NCBI GenBank assembly: GCA_964575955.1
Contig: CAZNTG010000003.1
Location: 72,662-136,661, forward strand
DNA length: 64,000 nucleotides
Direction of reading: 5' to 3'
Source: an uncultured Thermoproteaceae archaeon
GTDB lineage: Archaea > Thermoproteota > Thermoprotei > Thermoproteales > Thermocladiaceae
The notes beneath the pieces are model-generated. The model was not told where the DNA came from, searched no databases, and saw only the letters and a program-made list of their open reading frames with translations. Position 1 is the stretch's first letter; each line of letters opens with the position of its first letter. Positions 20,712 through 30,762 of the stretch are shown one piece after another. The position numbers and the translations under genes were made by a program.

Positions 20712-21677
20712 ATGTTTACTGTAGTTGACCTATTCTGTGGTGCTGGTGGTTTTAGTCGTGGATTTAGAGATGTTGGTTTTAAAGTGAAGCTTGGTGTTGA
20801 TATTGATCCAATATGTGTTAAAACTTTCAGTTTCAACTTCCCTGAAAGTATTGTTCTTCAATGTGATATTAGAGAATTGACAGGTAGAGACATAATTAGA
20901 CTTGTAGGTAAAGTTCCTGACGTTATTATTGGTGGTAGTCCCTGTGAACCATTTACAGCTGTCAATCCTAGAAGGATGGAAGATCCATTAGATAGACTAT
21001 ATGTTGATGAGCTTGGTCAACTCACACTTCACTTTATACGTATTGTTGGTGAAATTCAACCTAGAGTATTTGTATTAGAAAATGTTCCAGAACTTTCACA
21101 AGAACCGTTGAGGTCTGCTATTAAAGAAGAATTTTCTAGAGTTGGATATTCAAAAATATTTTTCAATATCTTAAGAGCTGAGCACTACGGTACTCCAAGT
21201 GTTAGAAGGAGAGTTTTTATAAGCAATATTGAACTAAGACCTGAGAGGGTTAGAAAAATTAAGACTGTGTGGGATGCTATTGGTGATTTACCACCACCAG
21301 ATTCTGCACCTATTCCTAACCATGAGTATGTTCATATTAGTGAGAAGAAGCTTAGAAAGATTAGAAAATTAAGATTTAATGAAGCATTATTAAAATTTAG
21401 AGGTCATGAAGGTATGTTTAGAAATTTTGTAAGATTAGATCCTAACAAACCTGCACCAACAGTTATGGGATGTTCGAGATTTATACACCCATACGAGGAT
21501 AGATTACTAACAGTTAGGGAACAAGCTAGACTTCAAGGATTTCCTGATGATCATGTATTTCTAGGTCCAAAAGATGCACAGTTTAATCAGGTTGGTGAAG
21601 CTGTGCCTGTTCCACTTGCTAGAGCAATTGCAAGATGTGTTAAAAAGTTCCTAGTTGAATCTGATCATAGTGTTTAA
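20712..21677 (+). CDS. DNA (cytosine-5)-methyltransferase, orphan
   Basis: DLFCGAGG, GGSPCEPF, ENV, RRRVF, TVREQARLQGFPD. Confidence 0.93.
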   Translation: MFTVVDLFCGAGGFSRGFRDVGFKVKLGVDIDPICVKTFSFNFPESIVLQCDIRELTGRDIIRLVGKVPDVIIGGSPCEPFTAVNPRRMEDPLDRLYVDELGQLTLHFIRIVGEIQPRVFVLENVPELSQEPLRSAIKEEFSRVGYSKIFFNILRAEHYGTPSVRRRVFISNIELRPERVRKIKTVWDAIGDLPPPDSAPIPNHEYVHISEKKLRKIRKLRFNEALLKFRGHEGMFRNFVRLDPNKPAPTVMGCSRFIHPYEDRLLTVREQARLQGFPDDHVFLGPKDAQFNQVGEAVPVPLARAIARCVKKFLVESDHSV

Positions 21678-21799
21678 TTAAGTCATGAAATGCAGCGAGG
21701 AAAATATTTAAATAAGATACACGATATTAAGAAGGGGGACCCACCATTGTAATATATGTATCACCAGAGAGGAAAGCAGCAGAAAAGTCACTTGCAGCA

Positions 21800-22153
21800 G
21801 TGTTAAAAGAGTTAATGTTTCGAGAGCTCATAGATGGTGATGCTATAATAGGTGCAGTAGTCCTTGATGCATCAGGATCGCCAATAGTACATCATCTACC
21901 AAACACATTGACAATGAAGTCAATACGAAATCTCTCACCAATAACAGAGATTGTTGATAGAGCTAAGAAGATAAGTGATGATCTGTTAGGAAAGTTCAAC
22001 TATGCAGTATTCCACTTTGCAAACTTTAAAGTAGCATTTTTCGATGTTAATGGTAAGGGAACATTAATAATATTTGTAAATCCTGTGTGGCATATTGAAA
22101 ATCTAGTAACTAAAATTAAACAGTTCTTAGTGAAGCTAGCAAGATTTATATAA
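21800..22153 (+). CDS. Roadblock/LC7-like domain protein (may start upstream at ATT 21746)
   Basis: Helix followed by IIGAVVLDASGSPI, then beta strands and a C-terminal helix. Confidence 0.6.
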   Translation: MLKELMFRELIDGDAIIGAVVLDASGSPIVHHLPNTLTMKSIRNLSPITEIVDRAKKISDDLLGKFNYAVFHFANFKVAFFDVNGKGTLIIFVNPVWHIENLVTKIKQFLVKLARFI

Positions 22154-22191
22154 CACGTAGACTTCTATTAAAAGGCGTTATTAAAGAGTAT

Positions 22192-23430
22192 CTATTTTCC
22201 TCTTCCTAATCTCTCATGTGCTCTTGCTAATTCATTTCTTGCAAATGCTATAAGTAGATTTAACTCTCCTGCAAGTACTGCAGCACCTATAATTTCTGCA
22301 AATTTTAGAGCATTAGTACCGGGGGGATTTCCTGATCCAGCAACTCCAAGTATTTTTAACGCTTCTTGCTGTGTTGGTAATCTTGTACCACCACCAACAG
22401 TTCCAACTTCTAGACTTGGTAATGTTATTGTGAAGTAGAGATTTCCTTCTCTATCAACTTCTGCCCATGTAAATCCCATGCTTGACTCAACTATCTGTGC
22501 AACATCCTGTCCTGTTGCTATAAATATTGCAGCTATAATATTTGCAAAATGTGCATTAAATCCATAAGATGCTGCATATGCTGATCCTAGAAGATTTTTT
22601 CTATGTACAATATCTACAACATCTTCTGGTTTTATATTAAACTTCTCCTCTAGATACTTTCTAGATATTCTAGCTTCTGCAATTACAGTCTTACCTCTAC
22701 CAAGTATGAGATTTAGTGCATTTGGCTTTTTATCAACACACATATTTCCACTAAGTGCTACAAGTCTTGCTTTTGGAAAGTTCTCAATTATGTATCTTAC
22801 AGCTCTATCTACAGCTATTGTAACCATATTCATACCCATTGCATCCCCTGTTGTGAATTTGAATCTAAGCCATACATTATTTCCCATAATATACTTCTCT
22901 ATATCTATCAACTTTGCATGTCTACTTGTTGATTCAGCTATCTTTTTTATATCATTAAAATTCTTATCAATCCATTCTAAGAATTCTAATGCGTCTAAGA
23001 TACTTTCAAATGAGAATACTGGTGCTCTTGACATGAAATCTTTAATAACTCTAACATTTACACCACCATTATCTGTAACAATTTTACAACCTCTATTTAC
23101 AGATGCTACAAGTGCACCTTCAGTTGTTGCTAGTGGTATGTAGTATAGACCTTTAGCATATTCACCATTTATGAGTAGTGGTCCTGCAATTCCTAGCGGT
23201 ATCTGTACTACACCTATAGTATTTTCACAATTTTTACCAACAACATCATTAAAATCTATACTATAACTTCCAATGTGTTTTAACTCAACATTACATAACT
23301 TCTCTATTACTCTCCTTCTTACATATGTTGCGGAGTTTGAATTTTTTAATATATTGTCAAGTTCGTGCATCTTAACCTTGCCATTTAGCACATCTTCAAT
23401 AAGCTTCTCCATCATACTTACCGGTTCCAT
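22192..23430 (-). CDS. hmgA: HMG-CoA reductase (NADPH, class I)
   Basis: CENTIG, ATTEGALVAS, DAMGMNM, GTVGGGT. Confidence 0.96.
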   Translation of the reverse strand: MEPVSMMEKLIEDVLNGKVKMHELDNILKNSNSATYVRRRVIEKLCNVELKHIGSYSIDFNDVVGKNCENTIGVVQIPLGIAGPLLINGEYAKGLYYIPLATTEGALVASVNRGCKIVTDNGGVNVRVIKDFMSRAPVFSFESILDALEFLEWIDKNFNDIKKIAESTSRHAKLIDIEKYIMGNNVWLRFKFTTGDAMGMNMVTIAVDRAVRYIIENFPKARLVALSGNMCVDKKPNALNLILGRGKTVIAEARISRKYLEEKFNIKPEDVVDIVHRKNLLGSAYAASYGFNAHFANIIAAIFIATGQDVAQIVESSMGFTWAEVDREGNLYFTITLPSLEVGTVGGGTRLPTQQEALKILGVAGSGNPPGTNALKFAEIIGAAVLAGELNLLIAFARNELARAHERLGRGK

Positions 23431-23481
23431 ATGTAGACTTTTTAAGAGAATAGTTATATTCGATTTTTCTAGTCACAAACT

Positions 23482-24609
23482 ATGCAGAAAGTCTATGTTA
23501 AGTCTATATCAGTAATTACTGCAGGTAGACACTATGATAAAGGTTTGAGAGAACTTGCAGGTAGAGTGCTTATAGATGCATTAGAGAAGTGTGGTGACTA
23601 TGATCTTGACTATGTTATTCTTGCTTCAGCATTTTCAGAAGTTGTCGAAGAACAACTTCTCTCTTCAAGCTATGTGTGTGAGTATGTTAGTCTAGAACAT
23701 GTTCCAAATATTAGAATAGAGCTTGGAGATGCTTCTAGCTGTGCAGCTATTGGATATGCATATCAACTTATAAAGTCTGGTCATGCTAATAAGATTGCTG
23801 TAGTTGGTGTTGACAAGATTGCAGATTTTATAAGTGTTAAAATTAGTAAAGTACTATCACATCTATGCGATTCCACATACGAGTCTTATTATGGTGTAAC
23901 ACCTGCTGTACATGCAGCATTAATGACTAAGAGATACATGGAGAAGTATGGATGCAGTTATGAGGATATTGCTATGTGGAGTGTGAAAATGCATGAGCAT
24001 GGTAGTAAGAATCCATATGCTGCAATGAGAAGAAAACTATCTATCAGGGATATTATGAATAGTGAAGTTGTCTCTGATCCAATAAGACTTTTTGATACTG
24101 CATTACCACTAGATGGAGCTTCATGTATAGTATTAAGTTCAGAACCTAGTAAGGAGTTTAAGATTAGTATTGAATATTTTAGAACTGTATCTTACAACAC
24201 TCCAATAACTATGAGAGAAGATTTGACAAGATTATACACATTAGAGAAGTGTAGAGATGTTGTTAGTAAATTTTCACCAACAATATTTGAAGTATGTGAT
24301 AAGTTTAGCATATTTGGAATATTGAGTATAGAATCTCTAGGTCTATGTGAATATGGTAAAGCTTTCAAACTAGTAGCCGATGGCAGGTTTGATCCTGGGA
24401 GTGATATTGTAGTTAATGCTAGTGGAGGATTGAAATGTCTTGGATATACTGGTGGTGCATGTGGTATGTATCTCACAGCTATGTTAGTGATGGAACTTCT
24501 ACAGTTAGAACCATTTAAAGATGTTGGTGATCATGATGTTGGACTTGTATGTGATATTGGTGGGTCTGATAGAGTGAGTAACGTATTAATTCTTAGACGA
24601 GAGTCGTAA
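23482..24609 (+). CDS. Thiolase-family protein of the mevalonate cluster, catalytic motifs substituted
   Basis: Thiolase fold motifs (KNPYA, DGAS, VNASGGLK); gene order thiolase-DUF35-HMGCS. Confidence 0.85.
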   Translation: MQKVYVKSISVITAGRHYDKGLRELAGRVLIDALEKCGDYDLDYVILASAFSEVVEEQLLSSSYVCEYVSLEHVPNIRIELGDASSCAAIGYAYQLIKSGHANKIAVVGVDKIADFISVKISKVLSHLCDSTYESYYGVTPAVHAALMTKRYMEKYGCSYEDIAMWSVKMHEHGSKNPYAAMRRKLSIRDIMNSEVVSDPIRLFDTALPLDGASCIVLSSEPSKEFKISIEYFRTVSYNTPITMREDLTRLYTLEKCRDVVSKFSPTIFEVCDKFSIFGILSIESLGLCEYGKAFKLVADGRFDPGSDIVVNASGGLKCLGYTGGACGMYLTAMLVMELLQLEPFKDVGDHDVGLVCDIGGSDRVSNVLILRRES

Positions 24610-24612
24610 GTC

Positions 24613-25038
24613 GTGCCAGACTATTCAATACCTGTACCTAGATATTGGAGAAGGATTGGTGAATATTATAGACTTGAAGCTTCTAGATGTTTAAAATGTG
24701 GAAAAGTATACTATCCGCCTAGAGCTAGATGTTCTTGTGGTAGTACAAGTTTAGAGAAGATTAGTCTACTAGATGGCAATTTTATACTTAGAGAATTTAC
24801 AGTTCTACATTCAGTTCCTGTAGATTTTGAAAAACAGAAACCTATAATTCATGGAATTGTTGAGAATGTTAATATGAATATTAGATTAATAACTCAAATA
24901 TCTGACGTATTAGACATATCTAAACTTCATAAAGATATACCTGTTGAACCAATATTTAGAGTTGTTAAGAGAGATGGTAATATTGGAATAATATGTTATG
25001 GTACAAAATTTAGACCTAAATCTATCGAAGGTGTGTAA
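24613..25038 (+). CDS. DUF35 Zn-ribbon/OB-fold scaffold protein
   Basis: YWR..YRL..RCLKCG..YPPRARC.CG and YGTKFRP. Confidence 0.9.
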   Translation: MPDYSIPVPRYWRRIGEYYRLEASRCLKCGKVYYPPRARCSCGSTSLEKISLLDGNFILREFTVLHSVPVDFEKQKPIIHGIVENVNMNIRLITQISDVLDISKLHKDIPVEPIFRVVKRDGNIGIICYGTKFRPKSIEGV

Positions 25039-25040
25039 GT

Positions 25041-26087
25041 ATGAGTTTTGGAATATCTGGATGGGGATGTTACATACCTAGGTATAGGATAACTACTAGA
25101 GAGATTGCTAGAGTGTGGGGTGATGATCCATTAAGAATTCGTGATCTATACTTAATTGAGGAGAAGACTGTTGAAAACTATGATGAAGATGCAGTTACAA
25201 TGGCTGTTGAAGCTTCTAGAAGAGCTATTGTTAGAGCTGGAATATCTCCAAAAGATATTGATGCAATACTTGTAGGTACTGAATCTAAACCCTACGCTGT
25301 TAAACCTATAGCGTCAATACTTATAGATGCTTTAGGAGCTAGATATAATGTTCAAGCTGTTGATTCAGAATTTGCATGTAAAGCTGCTTCAGATATGATG
25401 ATTTTAGCATATCTAAGTGTTAGAGAGGGTAAGTATAGTAATGTTCTTGTAGTTGCTACAGATGCTAGTCAGGGAGAGCCTGGTGAACATCTTGACTATA
25501 GTGCAAGTGCTGGTGCAGCCGCATTTATAATATCTAGAAACGATGTATGTGCAGTAATAGAAGACTTCTACTCATACTGTTCAGATACTCCAGACTTCTG
25601 GAGAAGAGATGGTTGTCTATTTCCAGTTCATGGTGAAGGATTTACAGGTGAGCCAGCATATTTTAGACATATAATATCTGCAGCTAGAGGATTGATGGAG
25701 AAGATGGGTCTTAAACCATCAGATTTTGACTACGTCATAATACATCAGCCAAATGCTAGATTTCCTGTACGTGCAGCATCTATACTTGGTTTTCCAATTG
25801 AGAAGGTAAAGCCTGGTCTTGTAGTTGATAGAATTGGAAATACGTATAATGCATCTGCACTTCTAGGACTTGTAAATGTTCTAGATATAGCAAAACCTGG
25901 ATCTAGAATACTGCTAGTGACTTATGGTAGTGGTGCTGGATCTAACGCATTTAGCATATATGTTACTGATAAGATTGAAGAGAGGAGAGGTAGAGTTGAA
26001 ACACTTCAAGAAATGTTGAAAATGAAGATATATGTTGACTATTCACTATATTCGAGATTTAGAAAGCTTATAAAAATGTTACAGTGA
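25041..26087 (+). CDS. Archaeal HMG-CoA synthase
   Basis: [33 protein letters not shown]. Confidence 0.95.
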   Translation: MSFGISGWGCYIPRYRITTREIARVWGDDPLRIRDLYLIEEKTVENYDEDAVTMAVEASRRAIVRAGISPKDIDAILVGTESKPYAVKPIASILIDALGARYNVQAVDSEFACKAASDMMILAYLSVREGKYSNVLVVATDASQGEPGEHLDYSASAGAAAFIISRNDVCAVIEDFYSYCSDTPDFWRRDGCLFPVHGEGFTGEPAYFRHIISAARGLMEKMGLKPSDFDYVIIHQPNARFPVRAASILGFPIEKVKPGLVVDRIGNTYNASALLGLVNVLDIAKPGSRILLVTYGSGAGSNAFSIYVTDKIEERRGRVETLQEMLKMKIYVDYSLYSRFRKLIKMLQ

Positions 26088-26180
26088 CAATCAAGTCCTT
26101 AAATATACACATTATTCAAACATAGACCTCACGTAGTTATTTTAAAAATCCAGATCTTAAAATAGTAATAGTGGATAAAC

Positions 26181-26486
26181 ATGCCTAGAAGACAGACATC
26201 TAAGGTAATTGAAAGGAAGAAACAGATACTCGAACTACTACTAAAAGAAGGTGAATTACCAACAAATGAGATTGTTAGAAGAACTGGACTAAGCCATAGT
26301 CAAGTATTCTATGCATTGAAACTACTACAGAGAGATGGTCTTGTAAAAGAGATCAAGAGAGGAAAAGTAGCATATTGGAGAGCTTCTGAAAACGTAACTC
26401 CAGAACTATTACAAAGACTCTCATCATCTGATGGTGGTGAAGTTAGAGAGGAAGGTTCTGAAAGTGAAGAGTCAGGAGAGTTATAG
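26181..26486 (+). CDS. Winged helix-turn-helix DNA-binding protein with acidic tail
   Basis: ILELL..GELPTNEIVRRTGLSHSQVFYALKLLQRDGLV. Confidence 0.85.
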   Translation: MPRRQTSKVIERKKQILELLLKEGELPTNEIVRRTGLSHSQVFYALKLLQRDGLVKEIKRGKVAYWRASENVTPELLQRLSSSDGGEVREEGSESEESGEL

Positions 26487-26528
26487 TAGGAGAAGATTAA
26501 TTAACCATGATTAAAACTATTAACAAGA

Positions 26529-26578
26529 TTGATGAGGCGAGGCAGCGCCCGAGAGATGAGGAGCCTGTCTCACACTGA
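26529..26578 (+). ncRNA. C/D box guide sRNA overlapping the 5' end of the riboflavin kinase ORF
   Basis: TTGATGA-ggcgaggcagcgc-CCGA-gag-ATGAGGA-gcctgtctcaca-CTGA; the D guide is complementary to the conserved 23S GUGAGACAG. Confidence 0.85.
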
Positions 26579-27254
26579 TCAAGATGTCTCATCATTACTA
26601 AAATTCACACCATATGTACTTGCATTAATGAGACTTAGAATAACTGAGGACTCTTATAGAGAATTATCATTAAATGATTTAGCTAAAATACTCTCAACAA
26701 CTGTACAAAATGCACATAGAATTGTTAAGAAGCTTGAAGAGGAGAATATTATTGAGAGAAATGGTAAATTAGTAAAATTTTCAATTAGAGGTCAACAGGT
26801 AGTTAAATATATAATAAACACAGTTAAGCAATATCTAGAAGATATGACAATAATAGAATTAGCAGGTACTGTAGTTTCAGGACTTGGAGAAGGGAGGTAT
26901 TATATGAGTATTGAAGAGTACAGGACGCAGTTTAAAGAGAAGCTTGGATTTGAACCATATCCAGGAACACTAAATGTTAAATTATACCCTGACTATATTA
27001 AAAATAGACTACTACTATCAAAACTTCCAGGAATTATGATTCACGGATTTGAGAAAAATGGAAGAAAATTTGGAAGTGTAAAATGTTTTAAAGCAAGAAT
27101 TGAAAATTTTGAAAATATACCATGTGCAGTATTGATAATAGAGAAGACTCATCATGGACCTGAAATTATTGAAGTCATAGCTCCTGTAAAACTTAGAGAT
27201 GAGTTAAAGCTTGTAGATGGATCACCAATAAAGATTAGAGTATTCATAGACTAG
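26529..27254 (+). CDS. ribK: CTP-dependent riboflavin kinase with N-terminal HTH (RbkR type); start uncertain
   Basis: GTVVSGLGEGRYY, PYPGTLNV, IEVIAPVKLR. Confidence 0.92.
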   Translation: MMRRGSAREMRSLSHTDQDVSSLLKFTPYVLALMRLRITEDSYRELSLNDLAKILSTTVQNAHRIVKKLEEENIIERNGKLVKFSIRGQQVVKYIINTVKQYLEDMTIIELAGTVVSGLGEGRYYMSIEEYRTQFKEKLGFEPYPGTLNVKLYPDYIKNRLLLSKLPGIMIHGFEKNGRKFGSVKCFKARIENFENIPCAVLIIEKTHHGPEIIEVIAPVKLRDELKLVDGSPIKIRVFID

Positions 27255-27258
27255 TACT

Positions 27259-27348
27259 TGGCGCCGGGGGTGGGATTTGAACCCACGCCCCCTGTACGGG
27301 GACGGGATCTCGAGTCCCGCGCCTTGGGCCTGGCTCGGCCACCCCGGC
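27259..27348 (-). tRNA. tRNA-Ser(CGA), CCA encoded
   Basis: Cloverleaf with CGGGA-CT-CGA-GA-TCCCG anticodon arm, long variable arm and GGTTCAAATCC; begins directly after the Mer-like stop codon. Confidence 0.97.
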
Positions 27349-28350
27349 TTAGATACCTTTTAGCTGTCTAGCTATTTCTGATATGTGACTTATAGCTTTT
27401 TTCTTATCTTTCCCCAATGGTGATCCTAGTATTATATGTCTAACTCCTATCTTAACTATCTTCTCAATTTTGTTTAAACACTCTTCTGGTGTTCCAACTA
27501 TTGCTAATTTATTAACATCTTCTTCATTTATAATTTTACATGCTTCTAATATATTTCCTCTAGATATTTCATATCTAATTTTCTCAACTTTACTATAGTC
27601 CATTCCTATCTTTTCAACACTTTCTTTACTCATTCCTGATAGTATATATGCAATTATTGGTTTTGCAGCTTCAATAGCTTCATTTCTATCTTCATCTACT
27701 GAGAAGCATGTACATACAGCTATGTCTATCTTATCTATAGATCTTCCACTTCTCTCTAAACCTTCTTCAACATATCTAACACATTCTCTAACATATTCAG
27801 GATCTGACGCATTTATTAGAACTCCATCACCAATCTCACCGGCAAGTTTTAACATTTTTGGTGCTTGTGCACCAATGTATATTGGTACGTCTATTCTACT
27901 CTTAATATTTAATTTTGCATTTCTTAATTTAAATATCTCACCTTCATAATTTAAAATTTCACAATTTAGAAGTCTTCTAATTATCTCAACACATTCTTTA
28001 ACAGCTTTTAGAGGTTTTACTCTTTCAATACCTATAGATTCTAATGTTGTTTTATCACCTGCACCTATACCGAGAATTATTCTACCTCTAGATAACTCTT
28101 GAAGTGTTGCAACAGCACTTGCAGTCCATGCAGGATGTACAACATATGGATTTGTTACACCAATACCCAACATTATCTTCTCAGTATTTAATGTTAGCAA
28201 TGTTAAAGTTATATAGACATTCTTATTATAGTAGTGGTCTGTAACCCATATTGAATCTAGATTGGACTCTTCACAAAGTTTAGCAATATTAACAATTTTC
28301 TCTAAGTTTCCTATTGGTAAAATTTCAATTCCAATCTTTATAGATTTCAT
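27349..28350 (-). CDS. F420-dependent LLM oxidoreductase, close to methylene-H4MPT reductase (Mer)
   Basis: WVTDHYYNKNVY, GVTNPY..HP, LGIGAGD, IYIGAQAPKML, DGVLINAS, GSPLG. Confidence 0.8.
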   Translation of the reverse strand: MKSIKIGIEILPIGNLEKIVNIAKLCEESNLDSIWVTDHYYNKNVYITLTLLTLNTEKIMLGIGVTNPYVVHPAWTASAVATLQELSRGRIILGIGAGDKTTLESIGIERVKPLKAVKECVEIIRRLLNCEILNYEGEIFKLRNAKLNIKSRIDVPIYIGAQAPKMLKLAGEIGDGVLINASDPEYVRECVRYVEEGLERSGRSIDKIDIAVCTCFSVDEDRNEAIEAAKPIIAYILSGMSKESVEKIGMDYSKVEKIRYEISRGNILEACKIINEEDVNKLAIVGTPEECLNKIEKIVKIGVRHIILGSPLGKDKKKAISHISEIARQLKGI

Positions 28351-28387
28351 ACATATATAGAGACTATGTGCGATATTTCAATACGAC

Positions 28388-28960
28388 CTACCTCATTAAA
28401 GCTCTATGAATAAGCATTACTAGTTGAGATCTTTTAATAAGTTCATCAGATATGTCCACTGTATCTCCTATATTTCTATAGATTCTACATAGCATATACA
28501 TGAGTAGGAAGTATGTTAACCATACTAGATAGTATACTAGAGTTCTAATCTTCTCATAATTTTCTTTCCACCATCTCATCTCACTACATTCATCAATCTC
28601 TAGACTAAGCACATCAACTTTACTAAGCATTCTAATACAGGATGCTGCATCTTTCTCAAGATTTTGTAATTCTTGTAGAAATCTTCCTTCATTAAATAAT
28701 TTTAACGCATTTTCAAATGTTTGTTTTGCTTTTGATACTATTTGTGAAAATTCATCCAAAATCTTATCAGTAAGTCTATGTAATCCTCTATTTTTTCTCT
28801 CCTCTTCTAAATACCTATCTACAATATCTTTTAAGGTATTTACAATATCTTCAAATTCTCTACCTCTAGGCTTTATATTTATTCTTCTAAGAATCATTTC
28901 TAAATTATCTAGTATGTTATCTATGCAGAATATGAAATCTTTAATCTGTTTAACTGCCAT
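28388..28960 (-). CDS. Hypothetical helical protein
   Basis: 190 aa ORF in an operon-like run. Confidence 0.6.
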   Translation of the reverse strand: MAVKQIKDFIFCIDNILDNLEMILRRINIKPRGREFEDIVNTLKDIVDRYLEEERKNRGLHRLTDKILDEFSQIVSKAKQTFENALKLFNEGRFLQELQNLEKDAASCIRMLSKVDVLSLEIDECSEMRWWKENYEKIRTLVYYLVWLTYFLLMYMLCRIYRNIGDTVDISDELIKRSQLVMLIHRALMR

Positions 28961-28962
28961 AT

Positions 28963-30228
28963 CTATCTCAATAATCTTAATGCAATATCTACATATATCT
29001 TTGAAGCATCTACAACATCTTTCAATCTTACATACTCGTCAGCCTTATGTGCAACATTTACATCACCAGGACCGTATGTCACAGCCTGTATTCCAACTTC
29101 TTGATAATATCTCGTGTCTAGACCACCTGTACATACAACCTTTCTAACATCTATATTTAGAATATCTTTTATAGATTTTTCAAGTGTCTTAACAAGTTCT
29201 ACATTTGGATTTACGATAGCTGGTGAAGATTTTTGTACTGTCTTAATATTTATTTGGATATTCATTTCTCTAGCTTTTGAATATAGATAGTTATATAATT
29301 CCTGCTCTACATCATCTACATTTTCTTCAGGTATTACTCTTCTATCTATTGAAAATGAGAAGTATCCTGTAACCATGTTTATCTTACCACAACTCTTTAC
29401 ATCACCTCCAAAAACTATTGTAGCTTTATTACCTCCTTCAATATCATACTCATACTTACTTACAACACTTTCAACCCTGCTTTTCAACTCGTCTATTATC
29501 TTGTTTAGAAATTTAATACCAATTTCAAATGCGTTTACTCCGAGCCATGGTGTAGCTGCATGTGCCTGTTTTCCAAATATCTCAACTATAAGCCATATCA
29601 ATCCTTTATTTCCAATAACTATCTTATCTAGCCCCGTTGGTTCACATACAATTACGAAGTTTGGTCTAACTTTCATCTCTCTAACTAAGTATCCTGTTCC
29701 TGTAATTCCACCAATCTCTTCATCAGGAACTAGAGCTATTTCAACTCTACCATTTAGAATATTTTCAAAATCTTTCAAGGCTAATAGCGTCAATATTGCT
29801 GATGTTATACCGCCCTTCATATCATCACTACCTCTACCATATAGCTTATCGTCAATTATTACTGGTTTGAATGGGTCTGTAATAGTCCAACCTGTTCCTG
29901 GAGGTACAACATCATAATGACCATTTAGATGAAGTACTCTATCTCCAGATCCAACATTTGCAATAAGTATATATCTAGGATATTCTACATATTCAGGTAT
30001 ATGCTTTCTAACATACTCATCAGGAACTTTAATTATCTTTGAAGATATTCCATACTTACTTAATAGTTCTTTAACATAGTTACAAAATTCTAAGTATTTT
30101 TCACCAGGTGGGTTAACTGTTGGTATACTTACAAGATCTTTCAATATACTTTCAGCAATATTTTTCATATTTTCAATTTTTCTCAATATTTGATCTCTCT
30201 CAATCATGTATATATCTCTACTAACCAC
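28963..30228 (-). CDS. M20 family metallo-amidohydrolase (ArgE/DapE-like)
   Basis: NGHYDVVP, GRGSDDMKGG, PDEE, AHKADE. Confidence 0.92.
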   Translation of the reverse strand: MVSRDIYMIERDQILRKIENMKNIAESILKDLVSIPTVNPPGEKYLEFCNYVKELLSKYGISSKIIKVPDEYVRKHIPEYVEYPRYILIANVGSGDRVLHLNGHYDVVPPGTGWTITDPFKPVIIDDKLYGRGSDDMKGGITSAILTLLALKDFENILNGRVEIALVPDEEIGGITGTGYLVREMKVRPNFVIVCEPTGLDKIVIGNKGLIWLIVEIFGKQAHAATPWLGVNAFEIGIKFLNKIIDELKSRVESVVSKYEYDIEGGNKATIVFGGDVKSCGKINMVTGYFSFSIDRRVIPEENVDDVEQELYNYLYSKAREMNIQINIKTVQKSSPAIVNPNVELVKTLEKSIKDILNIDVRKVVCTGGLDTRYYQEVGIQAVTYGPGDVNVAHKADEYVRLKDVVDASKIYVDIALRLLR

Positions 30229-30728
30229 TATTTTAACATCTTATCTCTAATATTCTTGATATAAAGTTCGAATGTTTTTAATGCATAGTATTGATCTTCT
30301 GTTATTGACATATCTGGATTAATATTCATCATAATTCTTAAAGCTTCTTCACATTCTAAATTGTTTGAATATATTAAGTATGCTGATAGTACTGTTGGTG
30401 TTCTTCCAAGTCCACCAACACAGTGTACATATACTCTATATCCATCTTGTATAGATTTTTCGATCTTCTTACATATGTCTAGTAGTGTATATTCATCAGG
30501 TGAATATCCATCTTTTGTTGGATATCTATATATTTTCATATCTAAATTCTCAACTATTCTATATACATCATCTATAGACATATCTGCATAATATTCATAT
30601 TCCCAATCTTCAACTAGTGATATTATTATCTTAATATTTAAATTTCTAAGTTTTTGATAATCATCTTTAAGTGGTATACATCCTCCAGCAACTTTATCAT
30701 TAATCCAGTACATTCTTGGTAAGACCAT
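30228..30728 (-). CDS. Dual-specificity/tyrosine protein phosphatase
   Basis: HCVGGLGRT (CX5R) motif. Confidence 0.92.
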   Translation of the reverse strand: MVLPRMYWINDKVAGGCIPLKDDYQKLRNLNIKIIISLVEDWEYEYYADMSIDDVYRIVENLDMKIYRYPTKDGYSPDEYTLLDICKKIEKSIQDGYRVYVHCVGGLGRTPTVLSAYLIYSNNLECEEALRIMMNINPDMSITEDQYYALKTFELYIKNIRDKMLK

Positions 30729-30762
30729 ACTTATAATGTGTCTATACTACTACCTATTAATA

